NCBI GenBank assembly: GCA_044222185.1
Contig: JBGANV010000001.1
Span: forward strand, 1,984,001-2,048,000
DNA from: Planctomycetota bacterium
Lineage (GTDB): Bacteria; Planctomycetota; GCA-002687715; CAIWVZ01
Length of the DNA: 64,000 nt
Reading direction: 5' to 3'
Part shown: piece by piece, positions 27,586 to 36,558 of the stretch
Numbering within the stretch: position 1 is the stretch's first letter
Layout of the letters: each line of letters starts with the position of its first letter
Made by a program: the position numbers and the translations under genes
Notes under the pieces: generated by a model
Databases searched by the model: none
Told to the model about the DNA's origin: nothing
What the model saw: only the letters and a program-made list of their open reading frames with translations

Positions 27586-29610
27586 TCACACGAGCGCGTA
27601 GCCGGTCATGACCAGCAGCGCGAGCCCGAGGACGATCGTCGTGGCGCCGAAGATCCGCGCGGCGATCCGCACTCCACGCGACGGCGGCGGCGTCACCATC
27701 TCCGCGAGGCGTCCTTCCTTGACGAGGAGTTCGTACTCCTCCGGTCGCTCCTCCTTGAGCTCGCCTTCCGGCACGACGCCGGTGTAGAAGCCCACGTCGA
27801 GCGGGAACTTGTCCGGACGGAGATTCGTCTGGAATGCCTGCACGGCGAAGTGGAATGCGACCGCCAGAAGCGCCTCGAGTCCATGGATGACGCCCGCCGC
27901 GTTCAGGAGCCACGGAGGCATGGCGCGCGAGAACCACTCGGGGAACCAGAGCATGGCACCCGTGAGTCCCATGATTCCCATGCCCCAGAACACCGCCCAG
28001 AAGTCGAACTTCTCCCAGTAGATCCATCGCCCGAACTGGGGCTTCGGACCGCGACCCAGGAACCAGCGGAAGTTCCCTGCGAGGTCCTGGAAGTCCTTCA
28101 GGCGCGGAACCATGGACCACGGCCCGCGGAACAGGCCACGTTCACGCTTGACGATGAACCGCCAGAGGACGTGCAGTACGAAGAAGGCGAACGTCAGGAG
28201 AAGCAGGACTGCGGCGAACCGATGCAACAGGGCGGCCGTCGTCGTCCCGCCGAACACCTTCATGACGGTGCGAGCCCATCGCTCCTGGCTGAAGTAGAGG
28301 GGCAGACCGGTGCCGGCGAGCATGAGGATCGCCGTCGTCGCGACGACGTTCACTCCGATGTGGACCTTCTTCATCCGCCGGATCCAGCGGACGTGCTCGC
28401 CGTGGCCCTCGTGGTTCAGCCGCCACTCCCGCGCGAGCAGGGAGCGTGCGAGCCACAGGAACACGTGGAGCCCTCCGAACGTCATCACCGTCAGGATGAG
28501 GCCCATCATCACGAGCCAGACCGCATTCAGGCCTGGGTACTCGCTGGATTTCTTCGGATCCGCGTGAACGAGATAGCCGGCGAAAGACGGGTTGGAGTTC
28601 TCGTGGCACTGGCCGCACGTGGCGACGCGCCGTGCCGGGTTGATGGACGAGGTCGGCTGGGATTCGGGAAGGATCTCGTGGTTTTCGTGGCACGTGTTGC
28701 ACGTCGCGACGCGGCCGTCGTATCCGAGCGAAGTGACCTTGCCGTGGTAGGTGAGGCGGAACGACACGCCGCGCTCGTCGTGGCATCGCGAGCACGACGC
28801 GACCGAGTCGGAGATGAACTGGGGTTCCGCGGTCTTGATGCCGTGCGGCTGATGGCAGTCCGTGCAGGTCGCGCCCTTGTGCTCGGCCCCGTTCGACTTC
28901 AGGTGATGGACGCTGCGCCGGTACTCCTCGAAGGGCGTCACGTGGCACTTCCCGCACTTCTGATCTACGCGCTCCCTGGCCAACGGCGAGTCGGGGTCCT
29001 TCTTGGCGTGGATGTCGTGGCCGCCGTGGCACGCGACACAGGTGGCGGACACCGTCAGCCCCGCCACGATGATTCCGTGGGCGTGCACGTCGCTCGCGTA
29101 CCTCTCGAACCGGAGAGGGCTGCCGATCGGTGCATCCGTGGCTCCGTTGGCATGGCACTTCGTGCACGTCACGTGAACGTTCAGCGGATACAGCGTCGAC
29201 TCGCGGTCGGACGGCTTGAAGATGTCGTGCACGCCGTGGCACGACTGACAGGTCACGGAGACGGCGGGGCGGCTCTCCGGGGCGCTCGATGCGGCGCGTC
29301 CGTGAACGCTCTTCGCGAAGACCTTGGCGGCCTCGTCGTGGCAGTCGGCGCAACCCGCAGTCGTCCGCCCTTTCTCGTGCGGGTACGGGCCGAAATCCAT
29401 GTGGCACTCGTCGCAGGATTTCGACTTGTGCACGGAGCGATCAAAACGGGTCTTGTCGACGAGAAGCCGCTCCACCGGCCTCGTCGGATCACCCAGGGCC
29501 TTCGCCAGCGCGTCCTTCGACGCGTGGCATTCGACGCACGATGGCTGTTGAGCCATTGCCGCGTCGACTGCAAGGAGAACGACGACGACCGCAAAGACTC
29601 GCGGACACAT
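27586..29610 (-). CDS. CbcL-like fusion: 11-heme periplasmic cytochrome c plus C-terminal membrane cytochrome b (FdnI/HydC-like), putative quinol oxidoreductase
   Basis: Signal peptide; 11 CxxCH (CVECH to CGQCH); membrane domain with LLHRFAA, FGRWIYWEKFDFWAVFWG, IHGLEALLA. Confidence 0.85.
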   Translation of the reverse strand: MCPRVFAVVVVLLAVDAAMAQQPSCVECHASKDALAKALGDPTRPVERLLVDKTRFDRSVHKSKSCDECHMDFGPYPHEKGRTTAGCADCHDEAAKVFAKSVHGRAASSAPESRPAVSVTCQSCHGVHDIFKPSDRESTLYPLNVHVTCTKCHANGATDAPIGSPLRFERYASDVHAHGIIVAGLTVSATCVACHGGHDIHAKKDPDSPLARERVDQKCGKCHVTPFEEYRRSVHHLKSNGAEHKGATCTDCHQPHGIKTAEPQFISDSVASCSRCHDERGVSFRLTYHGKVTSLGYDGRVATCNTCHENHEILPESQPTSSINPARRVATCGQCHENSNPSFAGYLVHADPKKSSEYPGLNAVWLVMMGLILTVMTFGGLHVFLWLARSLLAREWRLNHEGHGEHVRWIRRMKKVHIGVNVVATTAILMLAGTGLPLYFSQERWARTVMKVFGGTTTAALLHRFAAVLLLLTFAFFVLHVLWRFIVKRERGLFRGPWSMVPRLKDFQDLAGNFRWFLGRGPKPQFGRWIYWEKFDFWAVFWGMGIMGLTGAMLWFPEWFSRAMPPWLLNAAGVIHGLEALLAVAFHFAVQAFQTNLRPDKFPLDVGFYTGVVPEGELKEERPEEYELLVKEGRLAEMVTPPPSRGVRIAARIFGATTIVLGLALLVMTGYALV

Positions 29611-29638
29611 GTTCGTGTTCCTCAGCGCATCCCTGCCG

Positions 29639-31693
29639 TCACTTTCCGAGCTTCTTGTCGCATTCGTCGAGGAAGGAGCTCGCGGCTGTGAACAGCGAGG
29701 ATGCTCCGTTCGTGTTGTGAGAGGGTCCTGCCAGCGCACCCGCCTCGAAACAGGCTTTCGCCTTCGCGAAAAGTGCGCGTGCTTCCGTGGTGGCGGCTCC
29801 TGGAGCCGCCGCGGAGATCTTGAGTTCCGTGGCCTTCAGTCGGTCCGACAGGGTCTTCGACTCATCGGCCATGGCTTCACGCCATTGATCCAGCATGGAC
29901 CCGTAGCTCTCCTGCTTCTTGTGGCAGGCGATGCACTCTGCGCGGACCTCGGCGACGAGGTCCTTCGGGTCCTGGCGCTTGTGGCACTCCGTGCACGCCA
30001 CCTTCGCCATGTCGTTCTTGAGATCCAGCGTCGCGCCCTCGATGCGGATGTTCCCCGTGAGGAGCGCCGCCTCCCGATCGTGGCACGTGGCGCAGTCGGG
30101 CTTCTTGTCGTTGCCGTGGTGGCAATCAGTGCAGTCCTTCGGCTTGAACGTCGTCACGCCGTGCTTGTCTTCGTCGTGACACGCGTTGCAGTCGAGGTCC
30201 GTCTTCGCCAGGTGGGCGCGGTGACGGAACTGGACTCCGCCGAACCGGACGTTGATTCGCGCCGCATCGACGTGGCACGTATCGGCGCAGTGCGTGTCGA
30301 GCTTCCGCGGAACGCCGATGTCGATGTCCAGGGGCTTGAACGCCGGATCGAGCCCTGGGCCGGCCTCGTTGATCGCGTCCTTCGTCTTGCGGAGCAATGC
30401 CAGCGTGTACGTGATGTTGTGGGCGCCGTTCGAGCCGTCGGAGTGCACCAGGTCCAGGTTCTTGCGCGCGATCTCGAGCGACTGCGACGACCTGGCCGCC
30501 GCCCCCGCCTTCTCCAGCCCGGCAACCGCCCCATCCAGGCTCGTGAGGGCGCCAGTCACTTCCGTCCGCCAGCCCGTGAGCATGTTCCCGAACGTAGGGC
30601 CGTGGCAGTGCATGCACGACGTGTCGCCGGCCACGGGCATCCCCCCGTTGCGCGTCTTGCGGCTCTCGGCGCCCGGCCAGCCACGATGACAACCTGCACA
30701 ATCGACGCGCGTCTCGAACATCCGGTCCGGCCGGCCCTCGACGCCAGCGCCTCCCGTTCCCGAACGCATCAGGTGTTGCGTGTCGTGCAGTGCCGTGTGG
30801 CATTGCCCACAGTCCCCCGCCGTCGTCACGTGATCCCGCTCGGGAAGCTTGTGCTCCACTTCCTCGTGGCACTGATCGCATTCGATCTTGTGCTTCGTGA
30901 TGTGGTTCTCGTGGATGAACGCCACGTCGTTGAATCGGTTCAGGTGCTCGGGGGCACCGTGGCAAGTCGTGCACCGGGACTTCTTCGCGAGTCCGCTCCC
31001 GCGCGTGACGTTCCGATGACACAGGACGCACTCCGCCCCGCGGCCCACCCATTCGGAGTGACGGAACGGACGCCCGGAGACGTTCAGGTCCTCGGCGGGC
31101 GGTCCGTGGCACGTGTTGCAGTCGGCGTGCGCCTCGCTCTGCTCCGACGGACGCAGGTGGCACAGGAAGCAGCTGGAGCCGGTCACGGACATGTGCTCGC
31201 CCTGAACGATCTGCGAGTGGCAGCTCGTGCATCGAAGCTGGCGGCCGCGGCGCGTCTCGAGCAGGTGGCGGCGATGGTCGAACTTCACTCGGCCGAACGC
31301 GATGGGTCCGGACAGGAGCCGCTCGCTGTGGCAGCCCGACCGCATGCAGCTCTGGTCGCTGACCTCGGCCCAGGGCTTCGTCCCCTCCGTGTTGGTCACG
31401 TACTTCGTGAGCTGGTTGATCGCCTTGAACTTCCCGTCGACGGTCTCGAGGAGCCCAGGTTCGAAGTGGCAATCCACGCACTCGACCTTGCTGTGCGCCG
31501 AGTGCTTCCACGATTCGAAGTAGGGCTCCATGATGTGACACGACTTGCAGAAATCGGAGCGCGAGGTGTAGGCGACCATGCCGGTCGTCCCCACGGCACC
31601 GACGCCGAAGAGGATCGTCATCACGATCAACGCCGTCACCGCGAGCGCACGCGCGCGGGTCCAGATTCGCTTGATCCTCTGCAGGATGCTCAC
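29639..31693 (-). CDS. NapC/NirT-type membrane-anchored multiheme cytochrome c (16 CxxCH plus CX4CH and CX3CH)
   Basis: N-terminal TM then YTSRSDFCKSCHIMEPYFESWKHSAH..VECVDCH (NapC/NirT pattern); atypical CMRSGCH and CADTCH; GTGA overlap with the upstream gene. Confidence 0.85.
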   Translation of the reverse strand: MSILQRIKRIWTRARALAVTALIVMTILFGVGAVGTTGMVAYTSRSDFCKSCHIMEPYFESWKHSAHSKVECVDCHFEPGLLETVDGKFKAINQLTKYVTNTEGTKPWAEVSDQSCMRSGCHSERLLSGPIAFGRVKFDHRRHLLETRRGRQLRCTSCHSQIVQGEHMSVTGSSCFLCHLRPSEQSEAHADCNTCHGPPAEDLNVSGRPFRHSEWVGRGAECVLCHRNVTRGSGLAKKSRCTTCHGAPEHLNRFNDVAFIHENHITKHKIECDQCHEEVEHKLPERDHVTTAGDCGQCHTALHDTQHLMRSGTGGAGVEGRPDRMFETRVDCAGCHRGWPGAESRKTRNGGMPVAGDTSCMHCHGPTFGNMLTGWRTEVTGALTSLDGAVAGLEKAGAAARSSQSLEIARKNLDLVHSDGSNGAHNITYTLALLRKTKDAINEAGPGLDPAFKPLDIDIGVPRKLDTHCADTCHVDAARINVRFGGVQFRHRAHLAKTDLDCNACHDEDKHGVTTFKPKDCTDCHHGNDKKPDCATCHDREAALLTGNIRIEGATLDLKNDMAKVACTECHKRQDPKDLVAEVRAECIACHKKQESYGSMLDQWREAMADESKTLSDRLKATELKISAAAPGAATTEARALFAKAKACFEAGALAGPSHNTNGASSLFTAASSFLDECDKKLGK

Positions 31694-32976
31694 GGCCGGC
31701 CCTCCGCCGGAGTGTCCGCCGCGACTCGCAGCCGGCTCAGCCGTCGCACGTGCACGTACAACGCGGCGACGAGGATGCCGATCGCGCTGAAGACGATCGC
31801 AGCGAGGATGCGGCGGTCGCGGATGTTCCGGAGCTTCACCGACAGGGATTCATCCACCTTCGTCACGACGCCGTCCGCCTTCGCGACGAGCGCCTTGAAC
31901 TCATCGACGGACGCCGCGTGTCCCACGGGACCTGCCATCACGAGCGAGTGACGCGCATCGTTGATGTAGGTCTCTTCCGCGCGCACCACGATGCCCTTGC
32001 TGCGAGCGTCGGTGATGCGGTCCGTCGTCTCGGAGACGCGGTTGCGAAGCCCGGACATGAGATCGGCCATCGCGTGCGCGGCCATGGCTCCCTTGTCACT
32101 CTTGCCGTTGACTTCGTGGCACTGCGCGCAGGCCAGCGGCTTCCAGCCTTCCGTGACCACGTCCGACGTCTCCTCGATGTCGTGGTATCGATGGCAGCTG
32201 GTGCATTCCTGCATCTTCCCGGCGGTCGCGGCGGCAAAGTGCGGGGAACGCCTGAAGTAGTCCCGCGCGGCGACGTGGCATTGCCCGCAAACGTCCGCGA
32301 CTTCCGTGACGCCTGCGGGCCGCGCCCCGTGCGCCGAGTGGCAGTCACTGCAGTTCGGAAGTCGCAGCTGCTTCCCGCTGAGCAGCCCCTTGCCGTGAAC
32401 GCTCTTCGAGTACTTCTCGAAGACGTCGGCCGTGAGCTTGTACGGCTTCATCCGCTCGACGTCTGCATGGCAGCGCGAGCAGGTCACGGGCACCCGCGCC
32501 CGATACGTCGGCGACTCGGGATCAGTCTTGCTGCGGACGTCGTGGGCCCGGTGGCAGTCGATGCAGGTCGGGACGTTCTTGTCGCCCTTCTCCATCAGCG
32601 CCTTGCCGTGCGGGCTACGCTGGTAGTACGCCAGCTGTCCTGTCGGCAGTCCGTAGCGGAACATGGCATCGGGGTCGCTGTGGCAATTCCCGCACAGCTC
32701 CACGACGGCCTTGCCGCGCGGCACGCCCTTGAATGCGGGGTTGTCGATGCACGCGGCGCGCGTCCCGATCGAGGGATCGCCGCCATGGCAGGTGACGCAA
32801 CCGACACCGGCGTCCGCGTGGACGCCCGTGACGTGCAGCGCCGCTTCCTTGCCGTGACACACGGCGCACGCCTTGTCCCCCGTGGGGCGGGTCGTCGTCT
32901 GTCCGGGGGCGAGGGCCGCTCCCCAGACGAGGGCGATCGACAGGGCGACGACCGAGCTGACCAGCGTGGTCCTCAT
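31690..32976 (-). CDS. Nonaheme cytochrome c with a C-terminal membrane anchor (bc module 2)
   Basis: Signal peptide, 9 CxxCH, helical stalk and C-terminal TM; paralog of 35200-36558. Confidence 0.88.
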   Translation of the reverse strand: MRTTLVSSVVALSIALVWGAALAPGQTTTRPTGDKACAVCHGKEAALHVTGVHADAGVGCVTCHGGDPSIGTRAACIDNPAFKGVPRGKAVVELCGNCHSDPDAMFRYGLPTGQLAYYQRSPHGKALMEKGDKNVPTCIDCHRAHDVRSKTDPESPTYRARVPVTCSRCHADVERMKPYKLTADVFEKYSKSVHGKGLLSGKQLRLPNCSDCHSAHGARPAGVTEVADVCGQCHVAARDYFRRSPHFAAATAGKMQECTSCHRYHDIEETSDVVTEGWKPLACAQCHEVNGKSDKGAMAAHAMADLMSGLRNRVSETTDRITDARSKGIVVRAEETYINDARHSLVMAGPVGHAASVDEFKALVAKADGVVTKVDESLSVKLRNIRDRRILAAIVFSAIGILVAALYVHVRRLSRLRVAADTPAEGRP

Positions 32977-34307
32977 GACAATCCCGCTCCGTGGATGGAC
33001 AACGCCACCAACCCGAATAGGAGGGCGATCCCGATTGCCGGGGTCAGGTAGGGACGCTTGGGCCTGCCGTCGAAGTGCGTATCGAGCATCGGCCAGATCA
33101 AGGCGACGATCACGACGAGCCACAGGCCTGCCGTGACCAGGACCGACAGCGTCGGCGGCACCAGGTCCTCCAGTCCGTGGAACCACAGGACGTACCACGG
33201 GCGGGTGGTGGAGGCGATTCGGTGGAACTGGTCCGGTGCTCCATTGATCGGTGGCGGAAGCCACGCTGACAGGAGCACCAAGGCGCCAGCCATGACGAGG
33301 TTCGTGCCCAAGATCCTCAGGAAGTGATTGGGGAAGAACGTCCTTCCCGCAGGTCCCGGCGAGATGGCGACCACTTCCTTGACGCGTGGGTCACGGCTCA
33401 GTGTCGCGGCAAGCTCGGAACGGCAGCCCTCGATGTGGAACACGGCACGTCCCTCCAGCGCTTCCTGGCGGAGCTGGACGTTCTCGGCTTCGATCTGTGC
33501 GCGGAGCACGGCGACTTCCGCCTGCGTGGCGTCGACCCGGAGTACCGCGAGCATGGATTCGTTGGGCGGTTCGCCGCCTCGCGGCGGAACCGGTGGCGTC
33601 AAACCGTGGCGCCACACGAGTCGCAAGTGCGTCGAGAGGAGGAAGAACAGGGTCCACGGCAGGAGGATCACGTGAAGCGCGAACGCGCGCCCCAGCGCCG
33701 CGTTCGAGAGATCGGTCCCGTCGGCGAAACGTCCGAGGAACGCTCCGATGATCCCGATCCCGGTCCCCGGGCGGAGGGCGCGGGCACCGTTCCAGTAGGC
33801 GGCCTGATCCCACGGCAGGAGCGTGCCCGTGAAATGAAGGCTGAGGACCACCGGGAGAACCAGGAGGCCGACGACCCAGTTGGCCTGCCGCGGCGCTCGG
33901 AACGCCCGGCTGAAGAAGGCGCGCAGGACATGCACGGCGACGAGGACCACGAGCAGTTCGGCGGCCCAATGATGGGTACCCCGGACGAGCCAGCCGGCGG
34001 GTAGCTCGGCCGTGATCTCCAGCACGCTCGTGTGCGCCGTCTCCGGATGGGCCTCGTAATGGAAACTGAGGAGGATTCCGGTACCGGCGAGAACGAACAC
34101 GAGGAACAGGGCCGCAGGTCCGAAGACGTGCATCCAGCCGACGCCTCGGTAGATGGGCCGACGCCACGCACGCGCGATGGCTTCACCGGGCCGAAGCCTG
34201 TCGTCCAGCGGGTGATACAGGAACCCGACCCACCGCAACAGCGCACCGACGGTGCGGCTGTCGACACTGGACCCGAGCCAAGCCCGCAAGCCTTTGAAGA
34301 ATGCCAT
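32973..34307 (-). CDS. Cytochrome b of a Rieske/cytochrome b complex (module 2) with an inserted ferredoxin-like domain
   Basis: GWLVRGTHHWAA...VHVLR and FALHVILLP...STHLRLV supply 4 heme His; GTLLPWDQAAYW; RPWY where PEWY is expected; about 65-aa insert at 33355-33554. Confidence 0.88.
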   Translation of the reverse strand: MAFFKGLRAWLGSSVDSRTVGALLRWVGFLYHPLDDRLRPGEAIARAWRRPIYRGVGWMHVFGPAALFLVFVLAGTGILLSFHYEAHPETAHTSVLEITAELPAGWLVRGTHHWAAELLVVLVAVHVLRAFFSRAFRAPRQANWVVGLLVLPVVLSLHFTGTLLPWDQAAYWNGARALRPGTGIGIIGAFLGRFADGTDLSNAALGRAFALHVILLPWTLFFLLSTHLRLVWRHGLTPPVPPRGGEPPNESMLAVLRVDATQAEVAVLRAQIEAENVQLRQEALEGRAVFHIEGCRSELAATLSRDPRVKEVVAISPGPAGRTFFPNHFLRILGTNLVMAGALVLLSAWLPPPINGAPDQFHRIASTTRPWYVLWFHGLEDLVPPTLSVLVTAGLWLVVIVALIWPMLDTHFDGRPKRPYLTPAIGIALLFGLVALSIHGAGLS

Positions 34308-34474
34308 CGCGCTACTCCGTCGTCGTCAGGGCGGCGAACGATCCCGCACACCGATTCCGCTCCCCATGCGCACAAAGCCGCGGAGGCATCACCGCACTCC
34401 GCCACCCCGCGGCCGGCGCGGGACTCGATCGTGGTTCGATTCCATCCCTGCCAGCCTGGCGCCTCGAAAAACGA

Positions 34475-35128
34475 TCACGCGTGCGTCTTCACGTACACGC
34501 GGCCATCGATCACGGCGACGGGGAACGTCCTCAGCGGCCTCGGCGGCGGACCATGGAGGACGTTCCCGAACACGTCGTAGGCCGCGCGATGACAGGGGCA
34601 CACGACCTGGTCGCGCCGGGCGTCCCACTCGACCTGGCACACCTCGGAGTGAGTGCAGATGCTCGCGAGCGCACGATAGTCCTTGGCAGCCGTGCGGACG
34701 ACGAGAACCGGAGTGCCCTCCGCTTCGACCGTCCGCCATGGACGCTTGTCGAAGTCGTCGACCGTGCCGGCCGGGATGACGTCGCGGCGCGCCCGTCGAG
34801 CGCCCTTACCGAGGAAGAACCCCCCGGCAATCGCGGCGGCAGCGGCGGCGAGCACCGTCGTCAGGACGCCGATCACGACGCCGAGGAAGCTCCGTCTCGC
34901 TGAGAGCTGCCTCGAAGTCCCAGGCGCCGGCATGGAGACGAATCGCTCGACCGCTGGGTGATCCGCGAGCGCGGCCTCGACGGCGCCCTCGTCACGGCCG
35001 GCAGCCACGAGGAGCAGCGCGTTCGAGTTGCCGGTCACGAGTTGCGCGGTGCAACCGAGCCCGGCGATCCGTTCTTCGAGGTCGCGCCGCGCGTCCACCG
35101 CGATGCCGGGTCGAATGATGATGATCAT
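34475..35128 (-). CDS. Rieske 2Fe-2S protein (module 2) with an N-terminal ferredoxin-like domain before the Tat anchor
   Basis: SARRSFLG Tat motif plus TM; CTHSEVC and CPCH ligand boxes; GPPPRPL. Confidence 0.88.
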   Translation of the reverse strand: MIIIIRPGIAVDARRDLEERIAGLGCTAQLVTGNSNALLLVAAGRDEGAVEAALADHPAVERFVSMPAPGTSRQLSARRSFLGVVIGVLTTVLAAAAAAIAGGFFLGKGARRARRDVIPAGTVDDFDKRPWRTVEAEGTPVLVVRTAAKDYRALASICTHSEVCQVEWDARRDQVVCPCHRAAYDVFGNVLHGPPPRPLRTFPVAVIDGRVYVKTHA

Positions 35129-35199
35129 GTCCAGTCTCTTCGTTTTCAGATCCGCGCCAGGGGCGCCGCGGGCGGCGCTGGCGCCGCCACCGGTCCGGT

Positions 35200-36558
35200 C
35201 TACCCGGCCTTCGCCGCCGATGCCTCGACCGGCAGCGGCATGCGACGAATGACGACGACCAGCACTCCGATCACGACCAGGATCAGCGCGAGCGACCAGA
35301 CGAGCCACACGCGCCGCGCCGTGTACTCGTCCATGGCGGCGTTCGCCTGGAGCTTCACCTTGTCGGTCACGGCACGACCGACGGCGACGGCCTCGTCGAC
35401 CGGCTTCGCGGAGAACGTATGCACCAGCGAACGTGCATTGGTCAGGGCTCCCCGGGCCTTCACGAGTTCGAACCTGGAGGTCCGAACTTCCATTCCACGG
35501 CGCTCGGCGTCCGCGATCATTCCCTCGGCCACGGCGATCTCGGACTTCAGACCTTCGATCTTCCCGCGGATTCCCTCGGCAACCTTCGCCCCCGACGCGG
35601 GAGCGCCGAATCGGCTGTCGTTGTGACACTTGGCACAAACGGCAGCCGAATCCGTACCGATCATCTCGTCGGACGGCTTGTGGATGTCGTGGTAACCGTG
35701 GCACGTGGCGCACCCGGGGAGCTTGACCTCCTCGAACTGGTGCTTCATGCGCGTGCCGGAAAACAGCTCGGCGATCTTGCCGTGGCAGGTGCCGCAAGCG
35801 TTGGCGACCGATCCGACTTCAGGCGGAACGGCGCCGTGGTTGCCGTGGCAGTCGTTGCACGTCGGCGCGCTCACGTCGCCTTTCTTCAACATCGCGACGC
35901 CATGCACGCTCTTCTGCCAGAGATCCAGCTGATTCGTCGGCAGCGGTGCGTCGTGGTGCTTCACGCCCGCCATGCGCTGCGTATCGGCGTGACACTTCCC
36001 GCAGGTCGTCGCCACGTTCGTCGCGTACACGGGCGACGCGAGGTCCTCGACTGCCTTGATCCCGTGGCTGCCGTGGCAGGACACGCACGTCGCGACCTTC
36101 TTGTCGGCGGACTCCTTCAGGCGCTTCCCGTGGCCGCTCGTCCAGTACTCGGCGACCTGATCCGTGCGCGGCGACGGCTTGTACTTGCGCATGAACTCGA
36201 TGTCGGAGTGGCATCGGCCGCAGAAGCCGGGCACGTCCGCCGGCGACTTGATCGCGCGGAAGCCATCTTTCTGGCTGTGCGCGTCGGCGTACTCCTCGCC
36301 TTTGGGATTGCCACCGTGGCAGTCCTCGCAGCGAAGGCCGCGCTGCCAGTGATAGTCGGCGGCGAAGTCCTTCTCCGAGACCATGAAGTGGCGGTCCTTC
36401 TCCTCGAACCGCTCGGGATCCGCATGGCACGAAAGACATCCGGACGTGGCCGGCTTGCTCTCGGCCGCTGCAGGCTTGTCCTGGGCCACGAGCATGACGC
36501 CGCAAACCGCGATGCACGCGAGGAGCCATGGGACGCGGATTCGTGTTGGTGTGCTCAT
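35200..36558 (-). CDS. Nonaheme cytochrome c with a C-terminal membrane anchor (bc module 1)
   Basis: Signal peptide, 9 CxxCH (CLSCH to CAKCH), C-terminal TM; ATGA overlap with cytochrome b. Confidence 0.88.
   Translation of the reverse strand: MSTPTRIRVPWLLACIAVCGVMLVAQDKPAAAESKPATSGCLSCHADPERFEEKDRHFMVSEKDFAADYHWQRGLRCEDCHGGNPKGEEYADAHSQKDGFRAIKSPADVPGFCGRCHSDIEFMRKYKPSPRTDQVAEYWTSGHGKRLKESADKKVATCVSCHGSHGIKAVEDLASPVYATNVATTCGKCHADTQRMAGVKHHDAPLPTNQLDLWQKSVHGVAMLKKGDVSAPTCNDCHGNHGAVPPEVGSVANACGTCHGKIAELFSGTRMKHQFEEVKLPGCATCHGYHDIHKPSDEMIGTDSAAVCAKCHNDSRFGAPASGAKVAEGIRGKIEGLKSEIAVAEGMIADAERRGMEVRTSRFELVKARGALTNARSLVHTFSAKPVDEAVAVGRAVTDKVKLQANAAMDEYTARRVWLVWSLALILVVIGVLVVVIRRMPLPVEASAAKAG

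Noticed and set aside
34428-34453. tRNA T-loop-like GGTTCGATTCC...CCA in the Rieske2-cytb2 spacer
   Set aside because: The acceptor arm is too short and there are no D or anticodon arms; probably chance.
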